Positions 38,911 to 49,974 of a DNA stretch of 64,000 bases are shown here, piece by piece. The DNA is from Mycobacterium sp. (GTDB lineage Bacteria > Actinomycetota > Actinomycetes > Mycobacteriales > Mycobacteriaceae): assembly GCA_044370595.1 (NCBI GenBank), contig JBILVF010000001.1. One strand, given 5' to 3'. How positions within the stretch are numbered: the first letter of the stretch is position 1; the number at the start of each line of letters is the position of its first letter. Both the position numbers and the translations under genes were made by a program. The notes below the pieces were generated by a model. The model searched no databases, was not told the origin of the DNA, and was given only the letters and a program-made list of their open reading frames with translations.

Positions 38911-39909
38911 TCAGCCCAGGAAGGTATTGCGCCGCTGACTGAGCAGGCCGAACAGCGTCTGCTGGATGGTCTCGCGCACCTGATCGGTGATCTCGAAGGT
39001 GACCATCGGGTCGTCGGCGGCATGCTCGTCGTAGCCGCTGGTGTCGATCGGGTCGCCGAAGGCGATGTGCCACTTCGACGGTAACGGCATCAAACCGGCC
39101 GGCCCCGCCAGCGGGAACAGCGGAGTGATCGGGAAGTAGGGCACCCCGAGCACCCGGGCGAGCAACTTGACGTCGGCCAGCATCGGGTAGATCTCCTCGG
39201 AGCCGACGATGGAGCACGGGATGATCGGAGCCTTGGCGCGCAGTGCCGCCGACACGAAGCCGCCGCGGCCGAACCGCTGCAGTTTGTAGCGGTCCCGGAA
39301 CGGCTTGCCCAGGCCCTTGTAGCCCTCCGGGAACACCGCGGTGAGTTCCCCGTTGCCCAGGAGCCGATTGGCGTCGGTGTTGCAGGCCATGGTGTGCCCA
39401 GCCTTGCGGGCGACCGGGCCCAGCACCGGCAAGTCGAAGAGCATGTCGGCGGCCAGCAGTCGCAGAGTGCGGTGCGCCGAGTGGTGGTCGTGGACCGCGA
39501 CAGCCAGCATCGGTCCGTCGAAGGGCAGGGTGCCGGCGTGGTTGGCCACCACCAGGCCCGGCCCGGTGCTGGGCAGGTTCTCGATCCCGCTGACCTCGAC
39601 GCGGAACCACGTGTCGTAGAAGAACCGCAGCGTCGGCAAAACCACCGCATCGTTGTAGTCAGGATCGAAACCGAACTCATCGACGATGTAGTCGCCGGTG
39701 AGCCGTTTGCGCAGGAACTCGGCAAGACCGGCGATGCGGGTGATGAGATCGCTGTGGTCGGACTCGCTGCCGCGCTGCCCGATCTCCCGGATGACGGCAT
39801 CGAGGTTCTCGTCGACACCCGGCGACGGCGCCGCCGGCGAACCCTTCCGAGCACCGGATCGGGACGAATCACCGTGCAGCGGAATGACTTTTGCTTTCTC
39901 ACCGGACAC
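38911..39909 (-). CDS. Lysophospholipid acyltransferase (Rv0502-like)
   Basis: ANHAGTLPFD, VFPEGYKG, QRFGRGGF. Confidence 0.9.
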   Translation of the reverse strand: MSGEKAKVIPLHGDSSRSGARKGSPAAPSPGVDENLDAVIREIGQRGSESDHSDLITRIAGLAEFLRKRLTGDYIVDEFGFDPDYNDAVVLPTLRFFYDTWFRVEVSGIENLPSTGPGLVVANHAGTLPFDGPMLAVAVHDHHSAHRTLRLLAADMLFDLPVLGPVARKAGHTMACNTDANRLLGNGELTAVFPEGYKGLGKPFRDRYKLQRFGRGGFVSAALRAKAPIIPCSIVGSEEIYPMLADVKLLARVLGVPYFPITPLFPLAGPAGLMPLPSKWHIAFGDPIDTSGYDEHAADDPMVTFEITDQVRETIQQTLFGLLSQRRNTFLG

Positions 39910-39911
39910 AG

Positions 39912-41009
39912 CTACACCCCCCGACTCTCACTTGCTTGGCTTCCCAGTCGCTGCACCAAGTCCAGCGCGCGGCCCTCCAGAGAGCGTACCCACTCGGTGT
40001 CGACGATAGGCGTAAGGCCCCGCCCTCGGACGAAGTCGTCAAATGCTTCCATCGTGGTCCACTTCGGTTGGAAGCCCAGTTCGGCGCGCATCCGGGTGGT
40101 GTCCATCACACGGCCGTAGCTCAGATAGTCGAGTTGATCCCGATTGAGCTCACTGTTCATCGTCGCTTTGCGTACCGAGTCGGCCAGACGCACCGCGAAG
40201 GTGGGCACCGCCAGGGGCAACCGGCCGGCCCGCCGGATGGCCTGCGACATCATGATTATGCCGTCAGCACCGATGTTGAAGGTTCCGGCCCGGCCCGCCA
40301 TGGTGGCGCGTTCCAGGGCCCCCAACGCATCCTGCTCGTGCAGCAACTGCAGTCGTGCGTCGTGGCCGAACACCGTCGGCACCACCGGTCCGGTCAGGTA
40401 ACGGGCCAGCGCGGTGTCCATCGCCGGGCCGATCATGTTGGCCAACCGGAGGATGGTCACGGCGATGTCCGGCCGGCGCCGGGCCAGCCCACGGGCATAG
40501 CCCTCGATGTCGAGGCTGTCATGCGCGAAGCCCTCACCGAGTGGGCGACGGCTGCTGCTGTCCTCGGTGTGCACCACCGGGTCGTAGGGGTGCGACCCGT
40601 AGACCTCCGAGGTGGACTTCAAGATGACCCGGCGCACCGTCGGCGCTTTCTGGCAGGCCGCGAACAGCTGCATGGCCCCCATCACATTGAGCTCTTTGAG
40701 GGTCGCTCTTCCCCCGGACCGCGGGGCGTAGGAGGCGGCCGCCGCGTGGACGACGGTGTCGACGTCGCTGTTGCGGATCACTTTGGCGATGAACGGATTG
40801 CGGATGTCGGCGCGGACGAACTCCGCGCGCCCCATCCGACGTTGCAGATCCTTGCTGGGGGCGATCGCATCGACCGCGATGACTTTGTTGATCAGCGGGT
40901 TCTGCGCCAACCGCGCGGTGAGGTAGCCGCCGAGGAACCGACAGGCACCGGTCACCAGCACCACGTTGGGGTAGTGCGGCGCGTCAACACCGGGGCGGCC
41001 GGAATCCAT
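39912..41009 (-). CDS. NAD-dependent epimerase/dehydratase (Rv0501-like)
   Basis: VTGACRFLGG, KSTSEVYG; synteny. Confidence 0.88.
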   Translation of the reverse strand: MDSGRPGVDAPHYPNVVLVTGACRFLGGYLTARLAQNPLINKVIAVDAIAPSKDLQRRMGRAEFVRADIRNPFIAKVIRNSDVDTVVHAAAASYAPRSGGRATLKELNVMGAMQLFAACQKAPTVRRVILKSTSEVYGSHPYDPVVHTEDSSSRRPLGEGFAHDSLDIEGYARGLARRRPDIAVTILRLANMIGPAMDTALARYLTGPVVPTVFGHDARLQLLHEQDALGALERATMAGRAGTFNIGADGIIMMSQAIRRAGRLPLAVPTFAVRLADSVRKATMNSELNRDQLDYLSYGRVMDTTRMRAELGFQPKWTTMEAFDDFVRGRGLTPIVDTEWVRSLEGRALDLVQRLGSQASESRGV

Positions 41010-41084
41010 GCGCTAAAGCCTATCGGTCGAGAGCCCGACCGGCATGCATGGCGCCGGCCGCGGCAGCCAGTGCTGGTGCGGGGG

Positions 41085-41186
41085 TTACTTACCGAGTTTT
41101 CTGCGCTGGACCCGGGTGCGACGCAGCAGCTTGCGGTGCTTCTTCTTGGACATGCGCTTGCGCCGCTTTTTGATGACTGAACCCAT
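41085..41186 (-). CDS. 30S ribosomal protein bS22 (Rv0500B-like), absent from ORF track
   Basis: [33 protein letters not shown], 33 aa. Confidence 0.95.
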
Positions 41187-41345
41187 GAACTCCGCTACCT
41201 CAGTGCCAAAACGCCCCGTTGGGGCGTGCCTCCGTCGATGGCCCATCGAGGACCCTGTGTCGGGCTCACACCTTACCCATGCAAACCGCGGGGCCGTTAG
41301 TCGGCTGTCCCCCGCGCTCCTCCCCGTGCCCCGGGGGGCGAATCG

Positions 41346-41603
41346 TCACCCGGCGTCGAAGTAGGAGGTCTCGAGCAGATCGTGGACGGCTTTGGCGTGA
41401 ACCCGAAAGGACCGACCCACCCGCACCGCGGGCAACTCGCCGTTGTGGACCAGCCGGTAGACCGTCATCTTGCTGACGCGCATGAGGGCGGCAACTTCAG
41501 CGACGGTCAGAAACTGTGTCCTCGTCACCGGCTGCCCCTCGGCCGCACCGGCGTCGCGCGCCGACTTTCCGCCAGCGGAATCCCGCCCATTCATAGACGT
41601 CAT
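41346..41603 (-). CDS. Excisionase-like HTH DNA-binding protein (Rv0500A-like)
   Basis: FLTVAEVAALMRVSKMTVYRLVHNGELPAVRVGRSFRV. Confidence 0.92.
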   Translation of the reverse strand: MTSMNGRDSAGGKSARDAGAAEGQPVTRTQFLTVAEVAALMRVSKMTVYRLVHNGELPAVRVGRSFRVHAKAVHDLLETSYFDAG

Positions 41604-41741
41604 CGCAACCCAATCGGTCAGGCGCGGACAGTTCCAGCGGCTTCCCCACCGCTGGCACCAACCCGTGCGTTAGAAGGAGAATAGCGTGGCCAATGGTGTT
41701 ACTGCGACGGGTGTTTGTTAATCCGCCAGAGAATTCTCAAA

Positions 41742-42602
41742 CTACTCAGATGTAATTCCAAGCTGCTCAGAGCGGGTTTTCGCGGCCTCCACCGCGGCGG
41801 CGACGGCGGCCCGCAAACCACCCCGCTCGAGTTCACGCAGGCCAGCAGCGGTTGTACCGCCCGGGGAGGTCACCAGCGCACGCAATTCCGCTGCCGAGGT
41901 ATCCGGCCGACCGGATCGGTCCCGCTGGGCGGCCTCGGTGCGATCCAGCAGCATCGCCGCCGATCCGGCCAGCGTCTGAACCGCAAGGTCGGTGGCCACC
42001 GTCCTGGCCAGGCCGCTGGCCACCGCCGCGTCGACTAACGCTTCGATGAACAGGAACACGTACGCCGGACCGGACCCGGAGACCGCGGTGACGGCGTCCA
42101 TCTGGCCTTCGGAAACGGTCAGCACCGCGCCGACACATTCGAAGAGTTCGGCCGCCGCACCCAACTGCTCTGCGGTGGCGAATCGGCCGGCGGCCAGCGC
42201 GCTGACTCCTGCCCCGACCAAGGCGGGGGTGTTGGGCATCACCCGGATGACCGGAGAGCCGGCCGGCAGTCGGGATTCGTAAAATCCGGTCGTCACTCCG
42301 GCGATCACACTGACGAGCACCTGCTCGACGGTGTTGCCTTCGGCTTTTGTTGCCGCATCGGCGATCTCGGCGATCACCGATTCGGCGTCACCCGGCTTGA
42401 CCGCCAGGATCACGAACGCGGCGTTCTCTACCGCGTCGGCCAAGTCGGTCACCCGCACGGCATAGGTCTGCGACAGGTGGGCGGCCCGGCCGGACGATTT
42501 CTCTGCAACGACCAGGTCGCGGGTCGGGCGGCCGGCTTTGAGCAGCCCTGCCAGCAACGCCTCGCCCATGTTGCCGCCACCGATGATCGCAATCCTGGCC
42601 AT
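41742..42602 (-). CDS. proC: Pyrroline-5-carboxylate reductase
   Basis: IIGGGNMGE, RVMPNTP, SGSGPAY, VTSPGGTT; ATG 42602. Confidence 0.95.
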   Translation of the reverse strand: MARIAIIGGGNMGEALLAGLLKAGRPTRDLVVAEKSSGRAAHLSQTYAVRVTDLADAVENAAFVILAVKPGDAESVIAEIADAATKAEGNTVEQVLVSVIAGVTTGFYESRLPAGSPVIRVMPNTPALVGAGVSALAAGRFATAEQLGAAAELFECVGAVLTVSEGQMDAVTAVSGSGPAYVFLFIEALVDAAVASGLARTVATDLAVQTLAGSAAMLLDRTEAAQRDRSGRPDTSAAELRALVTSPGGTTAAGLRELERGGLRAAVAAAVEAAKTRSEQLGITSE

Positions 42603-42613
42603 AGCGCAGCACC

Positions 42614-43459
42614 CTACCGACCTGGCACCAACGCAAGCTGGCGGGTTTGCACGACTATGCGCCCCGTGCTGTCGACGACGGTGTGGTCCGCGTCGAACCA
42701 GTCCTGGCCGATCTGGGTGGCGGTGCAGAGCACCCGCAGCCACCCGTCGGCGGGTAGCGCCCGCAGATAGGCGGTCAGTTGGACGGTCGGAGCCCAACCG
42801 CGACGGCCGACTGCGTACGACACCGGCAACGAGATATCTCCGCACATGAGGGCGAAGAACTCGTCGACCGCACCCTCTTTGGGGCGCACCCAGAAGGTGA
42901 ACATCAACGGTTGGTCGCTGCCGAGTTCCTCGATAACCCTCGGGTGGATGGCACAACCACGCGCCAGGTTGTTGATCGCGGCACCTGGGTGGCCCGGACC
43001 GATCACCGGCACGTCCGCCGGCGGTTCGGCAGGAACCTGGGCACACAGCGGCGCGTCGAACCACAGGGGCTGCGCGTCGTGTTCGGGCTCCCCGAGGGTG
43101 ACCGCCGCATGCACGCACGAGCGGTCGCCCTGAAGCAGTTCGACATCCACGAGTCCAATGCGACGGCCCCGCTTGCGCACCGCGGTGACCAGACGCACGG
43201 CGCCGGGATCGGGCGCGGACAGAAAGTTCACCGAGACGGCCACCGGGTGGGCCCCCTCGTCGGTTGCCCTGTCGCCGGGTCCCCGGTTGTAGGCGACCCG
43301 CGCGGCCTTGGCGCACAACGCAACCATCACCCCGCCGTGCACCTTAGGCCCGATGGTCCAATTCTCGTTGAGATCGGCCCCGAACTCAGCCCCGGCGTGC
43401 GGTCCGCTGACCGGGCGCAACGCCATCGCATCGGAGAACCGCGGGATCGCCGTCTTCAT
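42614..43459 (-). CDS. Thioesterase family protein (Rv0499-like)
   Basis: WTIGPKVHGG, WAPTVQLT double hotdog motifs. Confidence 0.88.
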   Translation of the reverse strand: MKTAIPRFSDAMALRPVSGPHAGAEFGADLNENWTIGPKVHGGVMVALCAKAARVAYNRGPGDRATDEGAHPVAVSVNFLSAPDPGAVRLVTAVRKRGRRIGLVDVELLQGDRSCVHAAVTLGEPEHDAQPLWFDAPLCAQVPAEPPADVPVIGPGHPGAAINNLARGCAIHPRVIEELGSDQPLMFTFWVRPKEGAVDEFFALMCGDISLPVSYAVGRRGWAPTVQLTAYLRALPADGWLRVLCTATQIGQDWFDADHTVVDSTGRIVVQTRQLALVPGR

Positions 43460-43475
43460 CCAGAGTGCCCTTTCC

Positions 43476-44321
43476 TCACCGGAGCAGGTGGGTGCGGGCG
43501 AACTCTAGCGACTCGGTGAGCAGGACCTCGCGTTCGGCTTTGGACCGTGCGCCGGAGGTGGTGACCTCCAGAACGACGTGACCGGCGAAGTCGCTGCCCG
43601 CCAGCATCTGGCAGACCTCGTGGGTGGGTTGGGTGCCGCGGCCGGGCACCAGGTGTTCGTCGGTGGAGGCGCCGTTGCCGTCGCAGAGGTGCAGATGTAC
43701 CAGGCCCTCACCCATTCGGCGGGCCATGTCCAAGGCATCGGTTCCGGCCGTCGCGGTGTGCGAGAGATCCAGCGTGTAATGGGCGTGGTTACCGTCCAGC
43801 GGGTCATAGGACGGGGCGAACGCCGACACCGCCGCCCCGGGGCGCCCGCCGCGGCGACGCATCCGTTCGATGGAGGACTGCCCGGATCCGAAAAACCGGT
43901 CGGCCCGGAACGGGAACATGTTCTCCACCGCGACCATGACGTCGCTGCGTTCCTCCAGCCAGGCCACCTGCTCGCTGAAGCCTTCGGCGTAGCGGCGCTG
44001 CCAGCGAAACGGCGGATGCACCACGACTGTCTGCGCGCCGAGTCGCTCGGCCGCCTGCACGCTGCGGTCGAGTTTGGAAATCGGATCCGAACCCCATACC
44101 CGCTGCGAGATCAACAGGCAGGGGGCGTGCACCGACAGCACGGGAACACCGTAGCGGCGAGACATCTGTGAGATGGCGCCGATGTCCTGGCTGACCGGCT
44201 CGGCCCAGACCATCAACTCGACGCCGTCGTAGCCCAATTCTGCGGCGTACTCGAAGGCGGCCTCGGTTTTGAGTGGATAGACCGATGCCGTCGACAGGCC
44301 GACTTTGATGGCTGGGCGCAC
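43476..44321 (-). CDS. Sugar phosphate isomerase/epimerase TIM barrel (Rv0498-like)
   Basis: LSTASVYP, VENMFP, TLDLSH, DEHLVPG. Confidence 0.88.
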   Translation of the reverse strand: MRPAIKVGLSTASVYPLKTEAAFEYAAELGYDGVELMVWAEPVSQDIGAISQMSRRYGVPVLSVHAPCLLISQRVWGSDPISKLDRSVQAAERLGAQTVVVHPPFRWQRRYAEGFSEQVAWLEERSDVMVAVENMFPFRADRFFGSGQSSIERMRRRGGRPGAAVSAFAPSYDPLDGNHAHYTLDLSHTATAGTDALDMARRMGEGLVHLHLCDGNGASTDEHLVPGRGTQPTHEVCQMLAGSDFAGHVVLEVTTSGARSKAEREVLLTESLEFARTHLLR

Positions 44322-44358
44322 TGTTTCAGTGGGGTCGCATGGTCAGTAGGTCGCAGGG

Positions 44359-45402
44359 TCAGGTGGACTGCAGCGCCAGGGGACCCAATGTCACCAGCAA
44401 GCCCACGGCTACCGCGGTCAGGGTGCTGACGATGTCCTCGGTCTTGCGCACGAACCGGACAGCGGCAGCCAGCGTCAACACCACCAAAACCGAAAGAACC
44501 AGCGCAGCAAGGTTATTCCACCGCCACAGCTGATCGAAACCGATGAACAACCCGGCGCCGAACACCACGGCGACCAGTGACTGAAGCACTGCCACCACGC
44601 TGCCCCACAGCGTGCCGACAACCCCGCGCGGCCGCACCGCGACCGCAGTCGAGACTGCTGCCTCGGGACCACTCTCGTCGAACTCCTCATCGGACTCGGC
44701 GGTGATACCGCGCCGGGCCAGGTCGTCGGCGACAGTCCCGCCGGAGAACAGCGTGTCCGTCGATGCGCGCAAATAGGAGCGCGACTCCTCGACATCACCG
44801 GCAGGCTCATCGACGAGGTCGGCGAGATTCACCGATTCGTCCACGGGGTCGTAGGCCATCTGCTCGGCACCGGAGGATCGGCGCAGCGGGCGGGGGTCGC
44901 GGCTGAGTTCGGGTCCACCGGAGCGACGAGGCACGGGGACACTGGACAGCGGCGGGGGCGTGGCACGGGTCGGCGCCGACTCGACAGCCGCGGGGTCCGC
45001 GTAGACCACGGCGGCATCTGGGTATTCGCTGCCGTCTGTCGCCGGCTGCTCGTAGGCGGTTCCGGCGGACACCGACTCGTAGACGGCCTCCTGGTAAGCA
45101 GGCTCCTCGTAGACCGGCTCCGCGTGAACCCTCTCCTCGTAAACCGGCCCAACGTAGACCGGCTCCGCGGAATCCGCCTCCTCGTACACCACACCCGCGG
45201 AATCCGAGTCCTCGGCCGGAACCACCGGAATCTCGCCAGTTCGGATCACCGGAATCTCGCCGGTCAGTTCCGCGACGGACAGCCCGTCGCTGTTCCTGCG
45301 CGCCCGCCGCCGGCGCCGGCCGCCAACCGGCGGCGACCCGATGGTGCCGTTGCGGGCCAGTAACTCCGCGACCGAGACCGGCCGTTCATCTGGTGCGCTC
45401 AT
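44359..45402 (-). CDS. Membrane protein (Rv0497-like) with acidic disordered N-region
   Basis: SVAELLARNG, SVAELTGEIPV, three C-terminal TMs (KTEDIVST). Confidence 0.85.
   Translation of the reverse strand: MSAPDERPVSVAELLARNGTIGSPPVGGRRRRRARRNSDGLSVAELTGEIPVIRTGEIPVVPAEDSDSAGVVYEEADSAEPVYVGPVYEERVHAEPVYEEPAYQEAVYESVSAGTAYEQPATDGSEYPDAAVVYADPAAVESAPTRATPPPLSSVPVPRRSGGPELSRDPRPLRRSSGAEQMAYDPVDESVNLADLVDEPAGDVEESRSYLRASTDTLFSGGTVADDLARRGITAESDEEFDESGPEAAVSTAVAVRPRGVVGTLWGSVVAVLQSLVAVVFGAGLFIGFDQLWRWNNLAALVLSVLVVLTLAAAVRFVRKTEDIVSTLTAVAVGLLVTLGPLALQST
45076..45195 (-). repeat. Degenerate 15-bp tandem array x8 (xVYEE-like pentapeptides)
   Basis: Units such as CTCGTAGACGGCCTC and CTCGTAGACCGGCTC every 15 bp. 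Confidence 0.75.
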
Positions 45403-45414
45403 CTGTCCCTCCTC

Positions 45415-46377
45415 TCAATCGGCCCGCGCCGCCTGTACCAACGCGGACCCGTCGGCCTCACTGTCCAATCGGCGCAGAATGATGCCCTCGCGCAGCGCCC
45501 ACGGACAGATCTGCACCGCGTCCAACGCCAGTGCTCGCATACTCGCCTCCGCCACCAGGGCACCGGCCACGATCTGGGGGGCCCGCTCAGCACTGACCCC
45601 TTCCAGATCGGCACGGTCTGCAGTGGTCATCCTAGAGATGAACGCAATGAGCTGCCGAAGGCCGTTGGCGGTCAGCACCCTGTTGACCCGGGGTCCGGCC
45701 GCCGAGGGGGCCGCCCCGGTCAGCCGGGCCAGCGAACGAAACGTTTTGGAGGTCCCCACGGCAAGGTCGGGCGGACCTGCATCGACCAGGGTTTGGGCGG
45801 CTTCGGCCAGCTCACTGTCAAGCCAGTCCCGAAGCATCGCCACCCGCCGTCTGCCCGGGGGATCGTCGGGCAGCCACTCGCGGGTCAGCCGGCCGGCACC
45901 CAACGGAAGCGTCAGCGCGACGTCGGGCTCCTCATCGACGCCCGAGGACAACTCCAGGGACCCGCCGCCGATGTCCAGGTCGATGATTCGGCCGGCGCTC
46001 CAGCCGAACCAGCGGCGCACCGCCAGAAAGGTCAGCCGCGCTTCGTCGACGCCACCGAGAACCTGGACGTCGACCCCGGTCTCGGCGCGTACCCGCGCCA
46101 ACAGGTCGTCGCAGTTCGCGGCGTCACGCACGGCGGAGGTTGCGAACGCCATCACGTCCGCGCACCCGGAGCTACGGGCGATTTTGGCGAATTCGCCGAC
46201 GGTTGAGACCAGCATGTCCGCGCCCCGGCGGGTCAGCCTGCCGGAGTTGTCGATCGATTCGGCGAGGCGCAGGGGCTCCTTGGTCGAACTCATCGGAGTG
46301 GGGTGCCCGCCCCGGTGCGCATCTACCACCAACAGATGCACCGTGTTGCTGCCCACATCGAGCACGCCCAATCGCAC
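45415..46377 (-). CDS. ppx: Exopolyphosphatase Ppx/GppA (Rv0496-like)
   Basis: [30 protein letters not shown]. Confidence 0.93.
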   Translation of the reverse strand: MRLGVLDVGSNTVHLLVVDAHRGGHPTPMSSTKEPLRLAESIDNSGRLTRRGADMLVSTVGEFAKIARSSGCADVMAFATSAVRDAANCDDLLARVRAETGVDVQVLGGVDEARLTFLAVRRWFGWSAGRIIDLDIGGGSLELSSGVDEEPDVALTLPLGAGRLTREWLPDDPPGRRRVAMLRDWLDSELAEAAQTLVDAGPPDLAVGTSKTFRSLARLTGAAPSAAGPRVNRVLTANGLRQLIAFISRMTTADRADLEGVSAERAPQIVAGALVAEASMRALALDAVQICPWALREGIILRRLDSEADGSALVQAARAD

Positions 46378-46419
46378 GAGCTACAACCTAGCGGGCGGGG
46401 TGGTCTACCGTTGGACTCC

Positions 46420-47202
46420 GTGACACGCAGGCACCCTGGCGAGGTCGATCTGGACTTTCCCCGCGAGTGGGTGGAGTTCTACGACCCGGCCAACCCGGAG
46501 CATCTGATCGCCGCGGATCTGACCTGGCTGCTGTCGAGTTGGACGTGTGTCTTCGGTACGCCCGCCTGCCAGGGAACCGTCGAAGGCCGGCCCGACGACG
46601 GGTGCTGTTCGCACGGGGCGTTTCTATCCGACGACGACGACCGGGCCAACCTCGACGATGCCGCCGCGAAACTGACGGACTCCGACTGGCAGTTCCGCGA
46701 CAAAGGCCTGGGACGCAAGGGTTACCTGGAGATGGACGCCTATGAGGGCAAACCGAATCTGCGGACCCGCAAATACAAGGGCGCCTGCATCTTTCTGAAC
46801 CGCCCCGGCTTCCCTGGCGGGATCGGCTGCGCACTGCACAGCAAGGCACTCAAACTCGGCGTCGAGCCGATGACGATGAAACCTGAGGTGTGCTGGCAGC
46901 TTCCGATCAGGCGCACCCAGGAGTGGGTGACCCGGCCCGACGGCAGCGAGATCCTCAAGACCACGCTCACCGAATACGACCGGCGCGGCTGGGGTGAGGG
47001 CGGAGTGGACCTGCACTGGTACTGCACCGGAGACCCTGCTGCGCACGTGGGAAAGAAGCAGGTGTGGCAGACCTATGCACCTGAACTCACCGAACTGCTC
47101 GGCGAGAAGGCTTATGCGGAACTGGCCGGAATGTGCAAGCGACGCCGCGGATTCCCGCTGATCGCGGTTCATCCGGCGACCCAGGCCGCCGGTCGCGGCT
47201 AG
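46420..47202 (+). CDS. Conserved Cys-rich protein (Rv0495c-like)
   Basis: [34 protein letters not shown]; -10 TACCGT 7 nt before GTG 46420. Confidence 0.88.
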   Translation: MTRRHPGEVDLDFPREWVEFYDPANPEHLIAADLTWLLSSWTCVFGTPACQGTVEGRPDDGCCSHGAFLSDDDDRANLDDAAAKLTDSDWQFRDKGLGRKGYLEMDAYEGKPNLRTRKYKGACIFLNRPGFPGGIGCALHSKALKLGVEPMTMKPEVCWQLPIRRTQEWVTRPDGSEILKTTLTEYDRRGWGEGGVDLHWYCTGDPAAHVGKKQVWQTYAPELTELLGEKAYAELAGMCKRRRGFPLIAVHPATQAAGRG

Positions 47203-47876
47203 CCTTCCAGCTTGTAACCCAGCCCGCGGACGGTCACCAGACGCACCGGGTTGGCCGGATCGACCTCGATTTTGGACCGCAGGCGTTTGACGTGGACGTC
47301 GAGGGTTTTGGTGTCCCCGACGTAGTCCGCGCCCCACACCCGGTCAATCAGCTGACCGCGGGTCAGCACCCGGCCCTTGTTGCGCATCAGGAAGGCGAGA
47401 AGCTCGAATTCCTTGAGCGGCATCGGTATCGGCTTGCCCTCGACACTGACTATATGGCGCTCGATATCCATCCGCACCGGCCCCGCCTCCAGCACCACAT
47501 CGCCCGCATCGGATTCACTGCCGCGCCGCAGCACCGCCCGGATACGGGCGATGAGTTCACGCGCCGAATACGGCTTGGTGACGTAGTCGTCAGCCCCCAG
47601 TTCCAGGCCGAGCACCTTGTCGATTTCGCTGTCCCGGGCGGTCACCATGATCACCGGGACGCTGGATCGGGCCCGCAGATGCTTGCAGACCTCCGTCCCG
47701 CTCATACCGGGCAGCATCAGGTCGAGCAACACGATGTCGGCGCCGGAACGGTCGAACTCGGCCAGCGCCGCGGGCCCGTCGGCCACCACGGTCGCCTCGA
47801 ATCCCTCCTTGCGCAGCAGATAGGCAAGCGGTTCGGCCAGCGACTCCTCGTCCTCGACGATCAACACCTGAATCAC
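47199..47876 (-). CDS. regX3: Phosphate-sensing response regulator RegX3
   Basis: [37 protein letters not shown]; synteny with gpmA. Confidence 0.95.
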   Translation of the reverse strand: MIQVLIVEDEESLAEPLAYLLRKEGFEATVVADGPAALAEFDRSGADIVLLDLMLPGMSGTEVCKHLRARSSVPVIMVTARDSEIDKVLGLELGADDYVTKPYSARELIARIRAVLRRGSESDAGDVVLEAGPVRMDIERHIVSVEGKPIPMPLKEFELLAFLMRNKGRVLTRGQLIDRVWGADYVGDTKTLDVHVKRLRSKIEVDPANPVRLVTVRGLGYKLEG

Positions 47877-49045
47877 TGCTCCTCCTGATCTCCATTGTCG
47901 TCGGCGTCTTGGCCGCCGTAGGCGGGAATTGACAAGGTGAACGTCGAACCGGTTCCACGCCTGCTCCAGAGCCGGATATTGCCGTTGTGGTTGGCGGCGA
48001 CGTGCTTGACGATGGCCAATCCCAGTCCGGTCCCACCGGTGGCGCGCGACCGTGCCTTGTCGACGCGGAAGAACCGCTCGAACACCCTCTCCTGATCTTC
48101 GAGGGCAATTCCGATGCCACGATCGGTCACGGCGATCTCGACCATATCGCCGTGCCGACGGCGGCTGATCGACACCGTCGAACCCCTCGGCGAATATGCA
48201 ATCGCATTGGAGATGAGGTTGGCGATCGCAGTGACCAGCAGGGCTTCGTCGCCCAGCACCTGCAGCCCGGTCTCATCGTCGATCTTGACGGTGATGTTTT
48301 CCTTCTCCGCGACTACCTTGTGGCGGGAAATCGCCTCCTGTACAACAGTATCGACATCGACGGCCACCAAATCCGGCAGTCGTTCGGCGCCCTGCAGCCG
48401 GGACAGCTCGATCAGCTCACCGACCATATTGGCCAGCCGCTGCGACTCGGTGTAGATCTTGCCGCCGAACCGCTGCACGGTGTCCGGATCGTCGGTGGAC
48501 TCCAGCAGCGCCTCGGACAGCACTGCCATCGCAGCAACCGGGGTCTTGAGTTCGTGACTCACGTTAGCGACGAAGTCCCGCCGGCTGGCCTCCATACGGA
48601 CCTGCTCGGACTGGTCATCGAGGTAGACGACCGCCATTCGCGGAGACTGATCACTGAGCAGACGGATCGTGCCGTGCACCGCCAGACCAGCGCGCCGTCC
48701 CGAGAGTCCCCGCGGGGCAGACAGATCCACCTCGGTGTCCTGACCGGTGGCCAGGGTTCGCTGCACGACTTTCCACAACCGCTCGTCGAGCACACCGTCG
48801 CGCATCACACCCATTTCGGAGACCCGACTGTTCATGACCGGCACCCCCCGGGTGGAGTCGACCACCAGGACGCCGACCGGAGCGTTGGAGACCGTGCGCT
48901 GCAGGATCTCCGCCACCGTGCGCCCGGCCTCAGTATCGGCGGACCGACGTCGCCGGGCCGAGGACATCGCGCGGGTCGCAATCGAGCCGAGCGCGAGGCC
49001 CACCAGTCCGGTGAGGACCGCGAGCGCGACCGCGCTAACACTCAC
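47873..49045 (-). CDS. senX3: Sensor histidine kinase SenX3
   Basis: [30 protein letters not shown]; GTGA overlap with regX3. Confidence 0.95.
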   Translation of the reverse strand: MSVSAVALAVLTGLVGLALGSIATRAMSSARRRRSADTEAGRTVAEILQRTVSNAPVGVLVVDSTRGVPVMNSRVSEMGVMRDGVLDERLWKVVQRTLATGQDTEVDLSAPRGLSGRRAGLAVHGTIRLLSDQSPRMAVVYLDDQSEQVRMEASRRDFVANVSHELKTPVAAMAVLSEALLESTDDPDTVQRFGGKIYTESQRLANMVGELIELSRLQGAERLPDLVAVDVDTVVQEAISRHKVVAEKENITVKIDDETGLQVLGDEALLVTAIANLISNAIAYSPRGSTVSISRRRHGDMVEIAVTDRGIGIALEDQERVFERFFRVDKARSRATGGTGLGLAIVKHVAANHNGNIRLWSRRGTGSTFTLSIPAYGGQDADDNGDQEEQ

Positions 49046-49105
49046 GCGGCAAAGCGTACGCATCCACCGACGCCCGGCAAATTCGGTAGGCCCGCCGAAC
49101 TGCGA

Positions 49106-49133
49106 GTTCAGTGGGTGTTAACCCGCCGTTCCA
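49106..49133. promoter_or_regulatory. Candidate RegX3 autoregulatory boxes
   Basis: GTTCAG 49106, GTTAAC 49117, GTTCCA 49128 (11-bp period). Confidence 0.55.
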
Positions 49134-49143
49134 CTGGCGGGTT

Positions 49144-49896
49144 CTACTTCGAGCCCTGGTTGGCGACGGCCGCGGCGCCGGCGGCTGCGGCTTCCGGATC
49201 CAGATACGTACCGCCCGCCACAACAGGTTTGAGGTCGCTGTCAAGGTCATAACGCAGCGGGATTCCGGTCGGGATGTTGAGGCCGATGACGGCTTCGTCG
49301 GACATCCCGTCGAGGTATTTCACCAGTGCCCGAAGGGAATTCCCATGCGCGGCGATCAGTACGGTTTTACCGGCCCGTAGGTCGGGGGCGATGGCGTTCT
49401 CGAAGTAGGGGACGAAACGGGCGACCACGTCGGCCAGGCACTCCGTCAGCGGTCCGCCGTCCACATCGGCGTAGCGCGGGTCGGCGTCCTGGCTGAATTT
49501 GCTGCCCCGTTCGATCGGCGGCGGCGGGGTGTCGTAGCTGCGCCGCCAGGCCATGAACTGCTCCTCGCCGTACTTGGCTTTGGTTTCGGCCTTGTCCAGG
49601 CCCTGCAGCGCACCGTAATGCCGCTCGTTGAGCCGCCAGTTGCGGTGCACCGGAATCCAGTGTCGGTCGGCTTTGTCCAGGGCGATGTTCGCGGTGCTGA
49701 TCGCCCGGCGCAGCAGCGAGGTGTATAGCACGTCGGGCAACCGGTCGAGAGCCCCGATGAGTTCACCGGCCCGGGCGGCTTCGGCCCGGCCTTTGTCGGT
49801 GAGGTCGACGTCCACCCAGCCGGTGAACAGGTTGAGCGCATTCCACTGGCTCTCGCCGTGGCGCAGCAGGATCAGGGTGCAGTCACCGTCAGCCAT
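49144..49896 (-). CDS. gpmA: 2,3-BPG-dependent phosphoglycerate mutase
   Basis: [25 protein letters not shown]. Confidence 0.96.
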   Translation of the reverse strand: MADGDCTLILLRHGESQWNALNLFTGWVDVDLTDKGRAEAARAGELIGALDRLPDVLYTSLLRRAISTANIALDKADRHWIPVHRNWRLNERHYGALQGLDKAETKAKYGEEQFMAWRRSYDTPPPPIERGSKFSQDADPRYADVDGGPLTECLADVVARFVPYFENAIAPDLRAGKTVLIAAHGNSLRALVKYLDGMSDEAVIGLNIPTGIPLRYDLDSDLKPVVAGGTYLDPEAAAAGAAAVANQGSK

Positions 49897-49974
49897 AGCC
49901 GGAAGTGTCTCACGGCAACGGGCACTGTTTGTCAGGTTCGCATCGTCGTCTTTTGCGGCTTTGCCGTCTTGGGG

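Noticed and set aside
41346-41603. Excisionase-like gene as a prophage marker
   Set aside because: Core chromosomal Rv0500A ortholog in conserved synteny; no integrase or att sites nearby
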